Positions 37,034 to 49,576 of a stretch of 64,000 nt of DNA are shown in pieces; position 1 is the stretch's first letter; each line of letters starts with the position of its first letter. The DNA comes from Octopus sinensis (Eukaryota). Below the pieces are notes generated by a model that worked only from the letters and a program-made list of their open reading frames with translations, was not told where the DNA came from and made no database searches. Made by a program: the position numbers and the translations under genes. Location: assembly GCF_006345805.1 (NCBI RefSeq), contig NC_043003.1, positions 52,576,001 through 52,640,000 of the forward strand, read 5' to 3'.

Positions 37034-37532
37034 TACAATAATATATATAAAATGCATTAAAATTGGCCTCATGACAGCTATTTTTAATAAAATCTCTGTG
37101 ACTAATTGTTATCAGTATGATAATAAATTTTCAGCATATAAACTGCAATATTTGAGATAAGCCTGCTTCAGTGTACTTGTAGATAAGAGTATTTAAGCAT
37201 GATTTTTTTCTTTTATTTCTTAATCAGAAGGCAATGTCAGGTCATGATATTCTGCTAAGTTTCTGTGATAACAGGGAAAAAAGAAACATTGACTCATGGG
37301 TTATCCTCAGACTAGTCATCCTATACAAATATTTGCAACAAACTGGAATTCCTCAAACAAGGAACCTGAGAACAAAGTAATGGTGTTAAACTGGGTAACA
37401 GATTAAGTGGGCTAGCATACATCCATGGATAAAACAGTTGATGATAATTGGACTGAAAAGTAGGGCAAATGAAAAGAATTGTGTGTGTGTGTGTATATGT
37501 GTGTGTTTGTGCATATATATAATATATATATA

Positions 37533-37900
37533 CTCTCTCTTTTACTCTTTTACTTGTTTCAGTCATTTGACTACAGCCATGCTGGAGCACCACCTTTAGT
37601 CGAGCAGATCGACCCCAAGACTTATTCTTTGTAAGCCTAGTACTTATTCTATTGGTCTCTTTTGCCGAACCACTAAGTTACGGAGACGTAAACATAGACA
37701 CACAAACATATACACACGCACACATACATACATACGACAGGGCTTCTTTCAGTTTCTGTCTACCAAATCCACTCACAAGGCTTTGGTCAGCCTGAGGCTA
37801 TAGTAGAAAACACTTGCCCAAGGTGCTCTGCAGTGGGAATGAACCTGGAACCATGTAGTTGGTAAGCAAGCTAACTTACCACACAGCTACTCCTGCACCT
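37533..37900 (-). mobile_element. SINE family A
   Basis: Reverse complement of the family consensus. Confidence 0.8.
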
Positions 37901-38407
37901 AAAATTACAGAATCTTTTTTACTCTAGGAACAAAGACCGACAGGACGAAAGGAAATATCGACCTCGGCGGAATTTGAACTTAGAACATAAAGACATGAAA
38001 TATTACTAAGCATTTCGCCCGGCCACATATAATATAGGACCAGATATGATTGTGTGGTACAAAGTTCATTTCCCAACCACACGGTTTTGGATTCAGTTCC
38101 ACTGTGTGACACTTTGGGCAAGTCTCTTCAACTATACCCAAATGATCAAAGGTTTGAGAGGATTTGGTGAATGTAAACTATTACGGGGGCGAGCTGGCAG
38201 AATATTTAGCACCCTGATTCAAATGCTCAGCAGTAGTTTGTCCATCATTACTAAGTCCAAAATCTGCCAAGGTTGACTTTGTGTTTCATCCCTTCAGAGT
38301 CAATAAATTAAGTACCAGTGAAACACTGGGGTCAATGTAATTGACTAGTTCCCTCCCTCAAAATTTCAGTCCTTGTGCCTGTAGTAGAAAGGATTATCAT
38401 CATTTAT

Positions 38408-38772
38408 TATTACCTCCACCTTACAGAAGGTGGAGGTAGTGTTTTCAGTCGTGTTTGTTTGTCCATGGACAAGATATTTCAAGAATTGCTGGATGGATTT
38501 GGATGAAACTGTCAGGGATGTTTAGCCTAGTGACTGGCACAAACTGATTAGATTTTGGGATCGATCTAGTACTGGACAAGGATTCTGGATTATTTTTCCA
38601 TTTTTTTTACTTAATTTTTGAGAGCGGTCGGGTTCATTTTTAGTATTCTCGTTTGGGAGAGCAGTTGAGTTTATTTCAGATATTCTCATTTTAAAAATCA
38701 TCTCTGGCTAAATGTTTGAGAAGAGGGTGGTATTGCCTTGGTGGAGGTTTGCACTCTCTGAGTGGTCTTGTT
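38408..38772 (+). mobile_element. Helentron/DINE-like non-autonomous element
   Basis: Subterminal TACCTCCACC...GGTGGAGGTA hairpin, short TGTT/TGTC tract, and a 3' GGTGGAGGTTTGCACTCTCTGAGTG end typical of this class (from memory). Confidence 0.5.
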
Positions 38773-39089
38773 GTTGTTGTTATTGTTGTTGTTGTTATTG
38801 TTGTTATTGTTATTATTATTAATATTATTATTATTATTATTATTATTATTAAGCAGTGAGCTGGCAGAATCGTTAGCATGCTGGGCAAAATGCGTAGCAG
38901 TATTTCACCTGTCTCTATATTCTGAGTTCAAATTCTGCCGAGGTCGACTTTGCCTTTCATCCTTTTGGGGGTCGATAAAATAAGTACGAGTTGAGCACCG
39001 AGGTCAATGTAATTGACTAACCCCCACCCCCAGATTTCAGACCTAGTGCCTATAGTAGAAAGGATTATTATTACTATTATTATTGATAC

Positions 39090-39430
39090 GGAAACTGTAG
39101 CTGTGATACCAGTGCCGGTGGCATGTAAATGAACCATCCGAACGTGGCCATTGCTAGCGCTGCCCCAACTGGCCTCCGTGCCGGTAGCATGTAAAAAGCA
39201 CCATCCAATTGTGGCCGTTGCCAGCCTCGTCTGGCACCTGTGCAGGTGGCACGTAAAAAGCACCCACTACACTCACGGAGTGGTTGGCGTTAGGAAGGGC
39301 ATCCGGCTGTAGAAACACTGCCAGATCAGACTGGGCCTGGCGCAGCCTTCTGGCTTCCCAGACCCCAGTTGAACCATCCAACCCATGCTAGCATGGAAAG
39401 CGGACGTTAAACGATGATGATGATGATGAT
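39090..39430 (+). mobile_element. RTE LINE 3' UTR fragment
   Basis: Family subrepeats and (GAT)n tail. Confidence 0.85.
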
Positions 39431-39739
39431 TATTATTATTTATAACAGTCTGATTTGGATCCATGCATGATGCTGAATCAAACTGTTTTAATAGAAATAC
39501 ATGTAACTCCCACTAAATGTATTGAAGCCTTTTACTTTCATTTGTCTATTCCCTCATGTATATGTATGTGTGTAAGAGAGAGAGAAAGAAAGAGAGTTAG
39601 CAAATGTGCATATGTTTGTGTCTCCTTATGCTGACATCACATGACAGTTTTAAGCAAATGTTGTCACTTACACTGTCATGCAAGTGGTGATCTTCATTTC
39701 CAATCTTCCAGGAAAACATATATGGTCATGGAAGAATCC

Positions 39740-40027
39740 CATGACTTCAGGAAACATTTTTTCACGCTGAGAGTTGCTGAAGCGTGGAACAAACTGCCGG
39801 CATCAGTTGTTAGTTGTCGGAGCACTGCATCCTTCAAAACTTCCATGCTTTCTGAGATTCGCCAACACTACACCTGATTTTCTACCCTCCATACACACAC
39901 AAGCATCATACATTGTTCGCTTTCCAGACATTTTTACATTACTACATGTACTTTATATGCACTTTCTGACAAGTTGTGGTGCACCTGAGCACTGTATACA
40001 AAAATTTCATTATTACATTATTATTTT
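39740..40027 (+). mobile_element. CR1-like LINE 3' end fragment
   Basis: Highly similar to the reverse complement of 44113-44415 (HDFRKHFFTLRVAEAWNKLP, then an ATT tail). Confidence 0.88.
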
Positions 40028-40150
40028 TAATATTAGCTGACTTGGAAATAGGTGGCTGTTAGCAACAAGAAGGGCCATAGAAAATGTGCTTCAACAAATT
40101 CTGTCTGATCCATGAAAGCATGAGAAAGTGGATGTTGAAAATAATGATAT

Positions 40151-40368
40151 CTCTTTACTCTTTTACTTGTTTCAGTCATTTGAGTGCGGCCATACTGGAG
40201 CACTGCCTTTTAGTCGAGCAAATCGACCCCAGGACTTATTCTTTGTAAGCCTAGTACTTATTCTATCAGTCACTTTTGCCAAACCGCTAAGTAACTGGGA
40301 TGTAAACATACTAGCATTGGTTGTCAAGCGTTGTTGGGGGGGGGGGACAAACACAAACACATACATAC

Positions 40369-40417
<49 letters not shown>

Positions 40418-40573
40418 AGGCTTTTTTCCGTTTCCGTCTACCAAATCCACTCAAAAAGTTTTGGTCGGCCCGAGGCTATAGTAGAAGACACTTTCACAAG
40501 GTGCCATGCAGTGGGACTGAACCCGGAACCGTGTGGCTGGTAAGCAAGCTACTTACCACACGGCCACTCCTGC
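40151..40573 (-). mobile_element. SINE family A
   Basis: Reverse complement of the family consensus. Confidence 0.85.
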
Positions 40574-40633
<60 letters not shown>

Positions 40634-40735
40634 TGGTTTAAGATACATGGCATATTTTGTAAACATACCTGTTTAAGTAACATAACAGCTTGAAACTATT
40701 AGTTGATCTTTCAGTTGCAGATTTAATTTGACATA

Positions 40736-41545
40736 TCATCATCATTGTTTAACATCCGTTTTCCATGGTGACATGGGTTGGACGGTTTGACTGAGGTCTG
40801 GTAAAGCCAGTGGCTGCACCTATCTGATCTGGTGCATGTTTCTACAGCTTGATGCCTTCCTAATGCCAACCACTCTGAGAGTGTAGTGGGTGCTTTTTAT
40901 GTGCCCCCAGTATGGGAGCCAATCAGGCAGCCCTAGCATTAATCACATCCTTTTTATGTGCCACTGGCATGGGATATAATAAGAGGGCATTGGCATTGAC
41001 CACGTTTGGATGGTGCATTTTACATACCACTGGCATGGGAGCCAGTCAGGTGATCTTGGCATCGACCGCGTTCGAATGGTGCTTTTTATGTGCCACCAGC
41101 ATGGACACCAATCAGGTGGCATTGGCCATAGCTACGATTTTGGTTTTACCTGACTCAACAGGTCTGCTCAAGCACATCATATTGCCCAGTGCATCAAGGG
41201 TACTTTTAAAATGGGCTGGACATGCAACACTGGAATAGGCCATGGCTGCGATCTCACTTTAGTTGCTAGGTCTTCTCAATCACAGCATATCTCCAAAGGT
41301 CTCGGTCTCCTGTCATTGCTTCCATGAGGCCCAACATTCGAACGTCATGCTTCTCCACCTCATCCCATGTCTTCCTGGGTCTACCTCTACCATGAGTTGC
41401 ATCCAATTTAAGTGACTGGTACTTCTTTATGTAGTTTTCTATATCCATTTGTTTCACATGACCAAACCAGTGCAGTCTTCTCTCTTGCACACTGCATGTA
41501 GTTCTTCTTATGTGTAACTGTTCTCTCAATACACTAGTGCTATGT
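40736..41545 (-). mobile_element. RTE LINE 3' fragment
   Basis: ERRLHWFGHV...GRGRPRKTWDEV...AVIEKT on the minus strand, followed by the 3' UTR. Confidence 0.85.
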
Positions 41546-42158
41546 TGCACACATGTGTGTGCGTGTGTGTATGTGTAAACTTGCTGGGTCTTCTAGAGCT
41601 TACAGCCTTTGCAGTTTCTCTTTGACTAGTGAGACTGAAGCCATTGATGTTCCTTGCATGAAAGCTAAAATCAAGGAGGAAATTCCAGAGGATTGCCAAT
41701 CTGTGAAGCAAGGAACAATCATAGTCGTTACTACAGGGCCTGGAGATTTGGACACATCAAAACTGATGAGAGAAAATGAGACAAGTAGAAGAAAGATGCC
41801 TGAATAGTGTTGGAATGAGCCCAACTGGATCCAAAGAGCAGAGGCCTTTCTGGCAAACTAGAAAATGCAGAGAGAAAAGAACAGTACATCTGTAGGTCAG
41901 AGGCTAGGTGAGCGTCTGTAAGCGACTTTATGCCAATCAATATAGGTTGCCATTTTTGGACACAGTCTAGAATGGCTATGTGTGCAGCAACATCACCCTT
42001 AATGAGTGGACGTCATCTGAGCCTTGTAAATATCACTAACTGTACAGGGGTGAGCTATCTTCTGGCTCTGTCTCCATTATTTAGAGATATTAGAAGGGAA
42101 TGCAATAGGGTTAGTTGGCAGGACCAAAACGGTTGCATTTCTTAAGAATGGTAATACA

Positions 42159-42460
42159 TCTTTATATATAAAAGTGAAGTTGTGTGTCTGTCTCCTACGA
42201 TTTAGATTCCTAACTACTCCCACATTTTGCAGTGCAGTGTAACCAAAACCGGGTATCTTATAGTCGTGATTCATATCGAGCCCTTCTGGGTATTAGCGCA
42301 CGTCTACGATGAGTCTATGATTTAAAAAAAAATTTACCATCATTTTTTTCCCATTTTTAATGCCTTTTTTTTTGCTATCATATAAGGGAAGTAACTCTCT
42401 AAAAATGCTTATATAGTTATTTCCCTCACAAACCCGAGCAACGCCGGGCGATACTGCTAG
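42159..42460 (+). mobile_element. Non-autonomous Helitron
   Basis: Starts A|TC, ends with the CCCGAGCAACGCCGGG hairpin plus CTAG|T; no TSD, inserted between A and T. Confidence 0.8.
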
Positions 42461-43281
42461 TAAAATATAAACAAAAATTTATCATTAAAGATGAGATCTA
42501 ATAGTCTGTAAAACTAAAATCATGTTTTTGTTGTATCACATGAAGGTAATTTTTCCAATAATAAACAAATGCACTGGTTCTATTTATTGGTCAATTCATA
42601 ACATTTGTTCAGTTAACTGATCGATTGTTTGATTAATCATTCAGTCAATCAATCAATCAATCAGCTGAGTTTGCCAAAATCCTTTTGTTGCCATTCATGA
42701 TGTTATCAATGACATACTCTCTCTACAGCCGCTTGAAGACCAGTGCTGGCAGGATTACGTCCCTGTAACTTAGCAGTTCAACAAAAGAGACAGACAGAAT
42801 AAGTACCAGGCTTAAAAGAAAAGTGCTAAGGTTGCTTCATTCGAATGAAAATTCTTCAAGGCAGTGCACCAGCATGGCCTCAGTATAATTACCAAACCAA
42901 GTAAAAGATAAAAAGATTTTGGATGCAAAGGCCTCTACTTCTGCATTATAATGTTTCAAACGAACAACAACACTCTTATTATCTTGCTGTTTTTAATTTT
43001 AGTTTAATGTTTTACCAAATAATGAAATCAGGAGAACCTATCAGTTTACTTTATAATAACAAAAATCCACATTAGACTAAACTATGCTGTTTGCTGTTGT
43101 ATAGTCAGGACATAAACATGTGTGAAGGAGTAAATCTTCTCTACTTCAATGTTTGGGTGTATGGAAGAAACAAACAACATGCAACACCCACTCTCTCTCT
43201 TTCTTTTTATCTCTGCCTGTCTTCCTATGAAGAGTAAGCATCTTTCTTCTTACTTTTTCTTTTCATAGTCTTTCACTATGA

Positions 43282-44097
43282 TTAACTCTTTAGTATTCAA
43301 ATTACTGTTAAAAGTATTGCGTATTTATTTACATTGTTTTGAATTAATCATGCATTATCAGAGATTTGAAATTTTGATATGATTGTTTATTTTCAAGGAA
43401 ACATCATCATCATCATCATCATTTAACATCCGCTTTCCATGCTAGCATGGTTTGGATGAATTGAGTGAGGACTGGCGAACTAGATGGCTGCACCAGGCTC
43501 CAATCTGATCTAGCTGAGTTTCTACAGCTGGATGCCCTTCCTAATGCCAACCTCTCCGAGTGTAGTGGGTGATTTTACATGCCACTGGCACAAGAGCCAG
43601 TCAGGCAGTGCTGACAACAGCCACACTCAAGTGGTGTTTTTTACGTGCCACTTGCACAGGAGCCAGTCCAGCGGCACTGGCAACGACTTCGCTCGAATAT
43701 TGTCTTTCATGTGCCACTGGCACAAGTGTCAGTAAGGCAATGCTGGTAACGGTCACGTTTGAATGGTGCTTTTTACGTGCCACCGGTACAGATGCCAGTC
43801 AGCTGCGCTGGCAGTGATTATGCTTGGATTGTGCTCTTAGCGCTCCACTGGCACTGGTGCCAGCCATCAAATTTGCGAATTTGATTTGATCTTGATTTCA
43901 CTTGCCTCAACAGGTCTTTGCAAGCAGAGTTTAGTGTCTACTGAAGGAAAGGTACGCATAAGTGGGCTGGTTACACCCTTGGCATAGGCCTAGGGTTATA
44001 CATTATAGGATATGTATGGGAGGCTGGATCTGATTAGCTTGAACATTTGGAAGAATATTTGGGCTGGATATCGCCGGTTTAAAAGCTGAAGGGTTAA
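43282..44097 (+). mobile_element. piggyBac-like (TTAA) MITE split by an RTE 3' fragment (43403-43997, minus)
   Basis: TTAACTCTTTAG...CTGAAGGGTTAA ends; halves are homologous to the intact copy at 57157-57374. Confidence 0.7.
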
Positions 44098-44112
44098 AAC
44101 TTTATAGCCTTT

Positions 44113-46868
44113 TATAATAATAATAATAATAATAATGAAATTATTGTATACAGTGCTCAGGTGCACCACAACTTGTCAGAAAGTGCATATAAAGTACATG
44201 CAGTAATGTGGAAATGTCTGGAAAGCGAACAATGTATGAGTCAGATACATGCCTGTGTGTGTATGGAGGGGAGAAAATCAAGTGTAGTGTTGGCGAATCT
44301 CAGGAAGCATGGAAGTTTTGAAGGATGCAGTGCTCCGACAACTAACAACTGATGCCGGCAGTTTGTTCCATGCTTCAGCAACTCTCAGCGTGAAAAAATG
44401 TTTCCTGAAGTCATGGGAGCTGTGCTGTTTTCTTACTTTGTAAATATGTCCACGGGTGTTAGATGGGTGGAGTTTGAAAAGGTGCTCAGAGTTATTGTTT
44501 GTACGATGGTTGATAATTTTATGGGTGTCTGCCAAGTCAGCTGCCAGACGTCGGAGTTTCAATGTGTCCATGCCCAGGGAAGTAAGGATATGTTCAGGAT
44601 ATGACAAATGCCTGATGGAGGGTATTCTTTTGATTGCACGTCGCTGAACAGCTTCCAGACGATTGATATCCTGGGCAAGATAGGGGTTCCAGACCGGTGA
44701 TGCAAATTCCAGGTGAGGTCTTACCATAGCTATATAAAGCCGCAGATAGATAGCCGGAGAGCGGCTCACAAAGGATTTGGTGAGTGATGCCAAGACACCC
44801 TCAGCCTTCTTGACAATTTTAGCAATGTGTTTTGTCCAATGCAAATCACTGTCGACAATAACACCCAGGTCACGTTCACATGAAGACTTTTTGAGACTAG
44901 TGTTGTGGAGGGAGTAGGTGGACGCTGGGTTTCTCCTCCCAAAATGCATGGTGGTACATTTGTCCACAGCCAGCTTGAGTTGCCAGTCCATGATCCACTG
45001 CTGCATTGTGTCCAGGTCTGCTTGCAATAGAGATCTATAGTGTACAGGATTTGACCTCTTTATTTCGAGGTACAGCTAGATGTCATCTGCATATTTCAGC
45101 ACTGTGGCATTCTTTAAGTTGGCATCTATGTCATTAACATATGCAACAAATAAAAGGGGGCCAAGAACAGATCCCTGTGGTACACCAGATGTCATCTCAT
45201 AGGGCGAAGAGTGCTGTCCTAGAACTGTGACAACCTCTTTTCGGCTGAAAATAAAGGACTTTAACCAGTTATAGAGTTCGTCTCTTACACCCAACGCAGA
45301 AAGCTTCACCATAAGTCTTTTGTGTGGCACAGAGTTAAAAGCCTTAGCAAAGTCCAGGTAAACAACATCCACCCAGGATCCGCGATCAGTGATTTGGGTA
45401 ACGTCCTCAAGAAACTCGATGAGTTGATTACAGCAGCTGGAGTTAGGAATAAATCCGAATTGTGACGGCTGGATGAGGCTGTGAGACTTCCAGAAGTTCC
45501 AGAGGGTTTCTCTGATACAGGATTCCATCAGTTTGGCGATGCAGCTGGTAAGACTGACGGGGCGATAGTTGACAGGCGATGTGCGGTCGCCTTTTTTGAA
45601 CAGAGGGATGACATTGGCAGTTTTCCACTGTTCTGGAGTAACACCATTGTCAAGACAGAATTGGAAGAATAGAGAAAGTTGGCTTAGAAGAAAGTACCCA
45701 CCGCGTTTGAGAAGTAGGTATGTAACACCATCGAGACCAGGAGAGGCATAATTGCATTTATTCTTTAGGTGGCGTTGCAGCATTGCTGGTGTAAATTGCA
45801 TAGTAGATATAGAGTCCGATGTCAGTGGTGATGAAGATGGAACATTTTGGTCTTCGACAGTAAAGATGCCAGCATAGCATCCAGCAATGATTTCTGCACA
45901 TTCTTCGGGATTGCCAGTAATCTGTCCTGTGTGGGGATTGCGAAGGGGACCAACTGGAGAGTGGGGTCTCTGCTTTGAGTGCACGTACTTCCAGAACACT
46001 TTGCTGTCAGGGTTAGCTGCAATGCGTTGTTCAAATTCAAGCACTGCCTTTTTTGTCACCTGCTTGAGGTGGTTGGCTGACCTATTGTGCTTTTTCCTGT
46101 TGCTCTCTGATTTGTGCAATTTGTATTCCCGTTCAGCATTACGGCGTTCTTTCCTGGCAAGTCGGACTGCTGCAGTCTCCCAAATTGCACTATTGGGTGG
46201 TTTTTTGTGCTTGCGTGGTACTGATGCTGCACATGCTGCCCATATTGAATTCAGAATGTTCTGGAGTATAGTGTCCACATCTCCAGAGGCATAAAATTCG
46301 TGCCAGTTTGGGCGTTGCAGCTCAGTACAATAAGAGCTCCAGTTTGCTTTATTCCAGTCAAAGCGGGCAGTCTGAAGATGGTTGTGTTTTTTGTTACAAC
46401 CAATCAGAGACAAGGCGGCCATGATCATGGAATGATCAGAGTCACCTAAAGGTTCTTCGATAGTGACACTAATGATTGTTTCAGGAGAAGCGGTAAGTAG
46501 CAGATCCAAAGTGTTGTTACCCCTTGTGGGGGAGGTAACAACTTGGGACCAATTTGAATTCAGCACCAGTTCAAGGAAATCGTCTGCACCTTGCGGCCAA
46601 CGGAAGGCCTCCCAGTCAATCTCAGGGAAGTTGAAGTCCCCCGCAATATACACATATGTGGCTGTTTTCATGGCAGCAGCTCTGAGGATATCAAAAAGCT
46701 GTGCGTCTTGGCGATAATTTGGAGGACGGTAAACGACTCCGAGCAGAAGTGTTGACATGGTCATGTGTATATTGCAGAAAAATACCTCCTGCTGAGATTG
46801 GATCAAATCATCACAGGGGATTGCCGATAGACTTGATCGAACATAAATCATCACACCCCCTCCACGGC
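44113..46868 (-). mobile_element. CR1-like LINE, 5'-truncated in the endonuclease domain, ORF2 intact apart from one stop codon
   Basis: AGDFNFPEIDW, PTRGNNTLDL, NYRPVSLTS, YLDFAKAFNSVPH, GVPQGSVLGPLLF, YADDI*LY, VRPHLE, LEAVQRRA; (ATT)n tail. Confidence 0.93.
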
Positions 46869-47022
46869 GATTAATGCGGATTAATGCGACGATTAATTTT
46901 ATTTCTTTATTTTGACAACATAAGTATTCCATTCTATATTAAATAGTCTGGAAATTTATTTCGTTCAAAGGTTTCAATGTAAAAATATTTTTATGCTCTA
47001 CCAAATTATCTCAAACTGAAAC

Positions 47023-47230
47023 TATTAGGTTGGTGCATAATTATTGAGGCTTTTTTCAATAAGTTTTATTCAACAAAAACAATAACAATATTTAACAAAA
47101 ACATCTTTACATGATTATTCTGGAGCACATTCACCATCTACTTCAATTTCTACTTGGTGTTTTGTTTAAATTTTTTTGTTGAATAAAATTTTTTGAAAAA
47201 AAGCCACAATAATTATGCATCATTCTAATA
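47023..47230. mobile_element. Mariner-type MITE with long TIRs
   Basis: TATTAGGTTGGTGCATAATTATTG / CAATAATTATGCATCATTCTAATA. Confidence 0.75.
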
Positions 47231-48390
47231 TAATGTAGTCTCTAGGGCAAAGGGGAACAACTTTTGATAAACCCAAAATTAAGTTTTAAAAAAGTGAAAG
47301 CACTTTATTGTTCACTGAGAATTTAATAACACAACTGTAAACTTAAAATCATCACTATCATTTAGTGTCTGTTTTCCATGCCGGCATGGGTTAGACGATT
47401 TGATTGGAACAACGTAATTGAACATTTTAAAAAGGATAAAGTTAGCACTCAGACCAAGACAAACTTATCATTTTATGTATCGCTGGCACAGGTGCCTTTT
47501 ACGTGCCAATAGCACTGGCCACAACCATGATTTCACTAAGCTTGACATGTCTTCTCAAGCACAACAAATTGCCAACAGTCTTGGTCACTTGTCATCACTT
47601 CCACGAGACTCAACGTCCGTCAATGTTGAGTCTCACAGTACTTTAAAGGTTGTAATTATTTTATCAGCTCCTTTTGCTGAACTGCTAAGTTACAGGGTCT
47701 TAAACCAATACTGGTTATCTCATGATGGGAGGACTAACACAATCACACACACACACACATGATGAACTTCCATAGTTTTTGTCAAAAAAATTCACTCACA
47801 AAGCATTGGTTGACTTGGGGCTGTAACAGAAGACATTGTCCAAGGTGTCACACAGAAGGATTGAACCTGAGACCATGTGATAGGAAAGTCAGCATCTTAA
47901 CCATGTAGCCACACTTGCATGAATAACAATATTTGCATAATACTTTAAAGAAAACACATTACAGATGTCACATAGTCTTCCTAGCTTAAAACCGACTGTT
48001 GGAAATGGACAACACATAAAAGCTAAATCTTCTATCAAAATAATCATGTGAATATTGGAACTTCCCATTGTGGTTGCATAATAAGAAGTTTGCTTTCTAA
48101 CCACATGGTCCCATGTTCAGTCCCACTGCACAGCAGCTGGGGCAAATGTCACATATTATAGCCCCCAGGCTGACCACAGACTTGCAAGTGGACTTGGTAA
48201 ACCAGTGGCTCTTGACTACATTTTTTAATCTATGGACCCATTCAATTACTATTTTATCCTGGTGGAATAAGATTAATTTTATAGATACTTCTTCCAAAAT
48301 TCTAAAATATTGCTTTTCACACAATGACTTGGATATGTTGAACTATGTAAAACATAAGAGAAAGAAACTGAGCTGATTCTTGCAATAAAG

Positions 48391-48858
48391 CAAGGGTTCC
48401 CAACCTTATTTTGCTTGTGGACCCCATGAGAGCTATCTTATCATCTGTGGATCCCATATATGCACATGCAAATTTTTGAAATAAAATATTTGTTTGTAGG
48501 TTAGTAAAAACTAACAATGAAACAATTTCGTTATAAAAATAACATAAATTCAAATAAAATCTTGAAAATTTCAATAAATACAGGTTCCTCTCCTAGTAAG
48601 CAAAATTTATGTATGGACCAACAAATTACAGTTTTTTACTCGTGGACACCTTTAAAGCTTCTGTGGATCCCAGTTGGGAACCCCTGATCTAAAGCAACAT
48701 TTTTTTCATGCATACTTAATATACTACTTTGGATTCCCAATTTACCAATTTGTTTGCTTGGAACCCCAAAAAACATGGACTGCAAAGTTGATCCCCACCC
48801 CACCCAAAATCTTATATGGACCTCAAAGGGTCATGTGGACCCCAGTTGAGAACCACTG
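48391..48858. mobile_element. Two adjacent hAT-like MITEs
   Basis: CAAGGGTTCCCAAC...GTTGGGAACCCCTG (48391-48686), and a second unit ending GTTGAGAACCACTG (48858). Confidence 0.6.
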
Positions 48859-49141
48859 TGGTAACTGGAAACTGAAATAACCTGTTGTGTCTGTCTGTCT
48901 ACATACATATAAATGCGTGTGTGTGTGTGTGTGTCTTTGTATCCCCCCACCAACGCCACTTGATAACTGGCATTGGTTTGTTTACATCTCACAACTTAGC
49001 AACTTGATAATAAGATACTGAGAGAATAGGTGCCAAGCTTTGAAAAAAAATAAGCACTGGGTTGATTTGTTCAACAAAACCCTTCAAGACAGTGCTGAGC
49101 ATGGTTGCAGTCTAATGATTGAAACAAGTAAAAGATAAATA

Positions 49142-49517
49142 GGTGTAGGAGTGGCTGTGTGGTTAGTAGCTTGCTTACAAACCACATGGTTCTGGGTTCA
49201 GTCTCACTGCGTGGCACCCTGGGCAAGTGTCTTCTACTATATCCTTGGGCCAACCAAAGCCTTGTGAGTGGATTTGGTAGATGGAAACTGAAAGAAGCCC
49301 GTTGTACATATATATATATATATGTGTGTGTGTGTGTATGTTTGTTCCCTTCAACATCGCTTGACAACTGATGCTGGTGTGTTTACGTCCCCGTAACTTA
49401 ACGGTTCGGCAAAAGAGACTGATAGAATAAGTACTAGGCTTACAGGGGTTGATTTGCTCGACTAAAGGCGGTGCCCCAGCATGGCTACAGTCACATGACT
49501 GATACAAGTAAAAGAGA
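49142..49517 (+). mobile_element. SINE family A, about 60 bp from the BRC exon donor
   Basis: Matches the family consensus. Confidence 0.85.
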
Positions 49518-49576
49518 TATAATTTTAAGGTAAATGTAAAAAAAAAATATAAATTGAAATGAAGATATACACTTAC

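Noticed and set aside
49491-49576. Hydrophobic C-terminus (FQFIFFFYIYLKIISLLLVSVM) of the 1283-aa ORF as a membrane anchor
   Set aside because: It lies after a perfect GTAAGT donor and is read-through into T-rich intron and SINE sequence.
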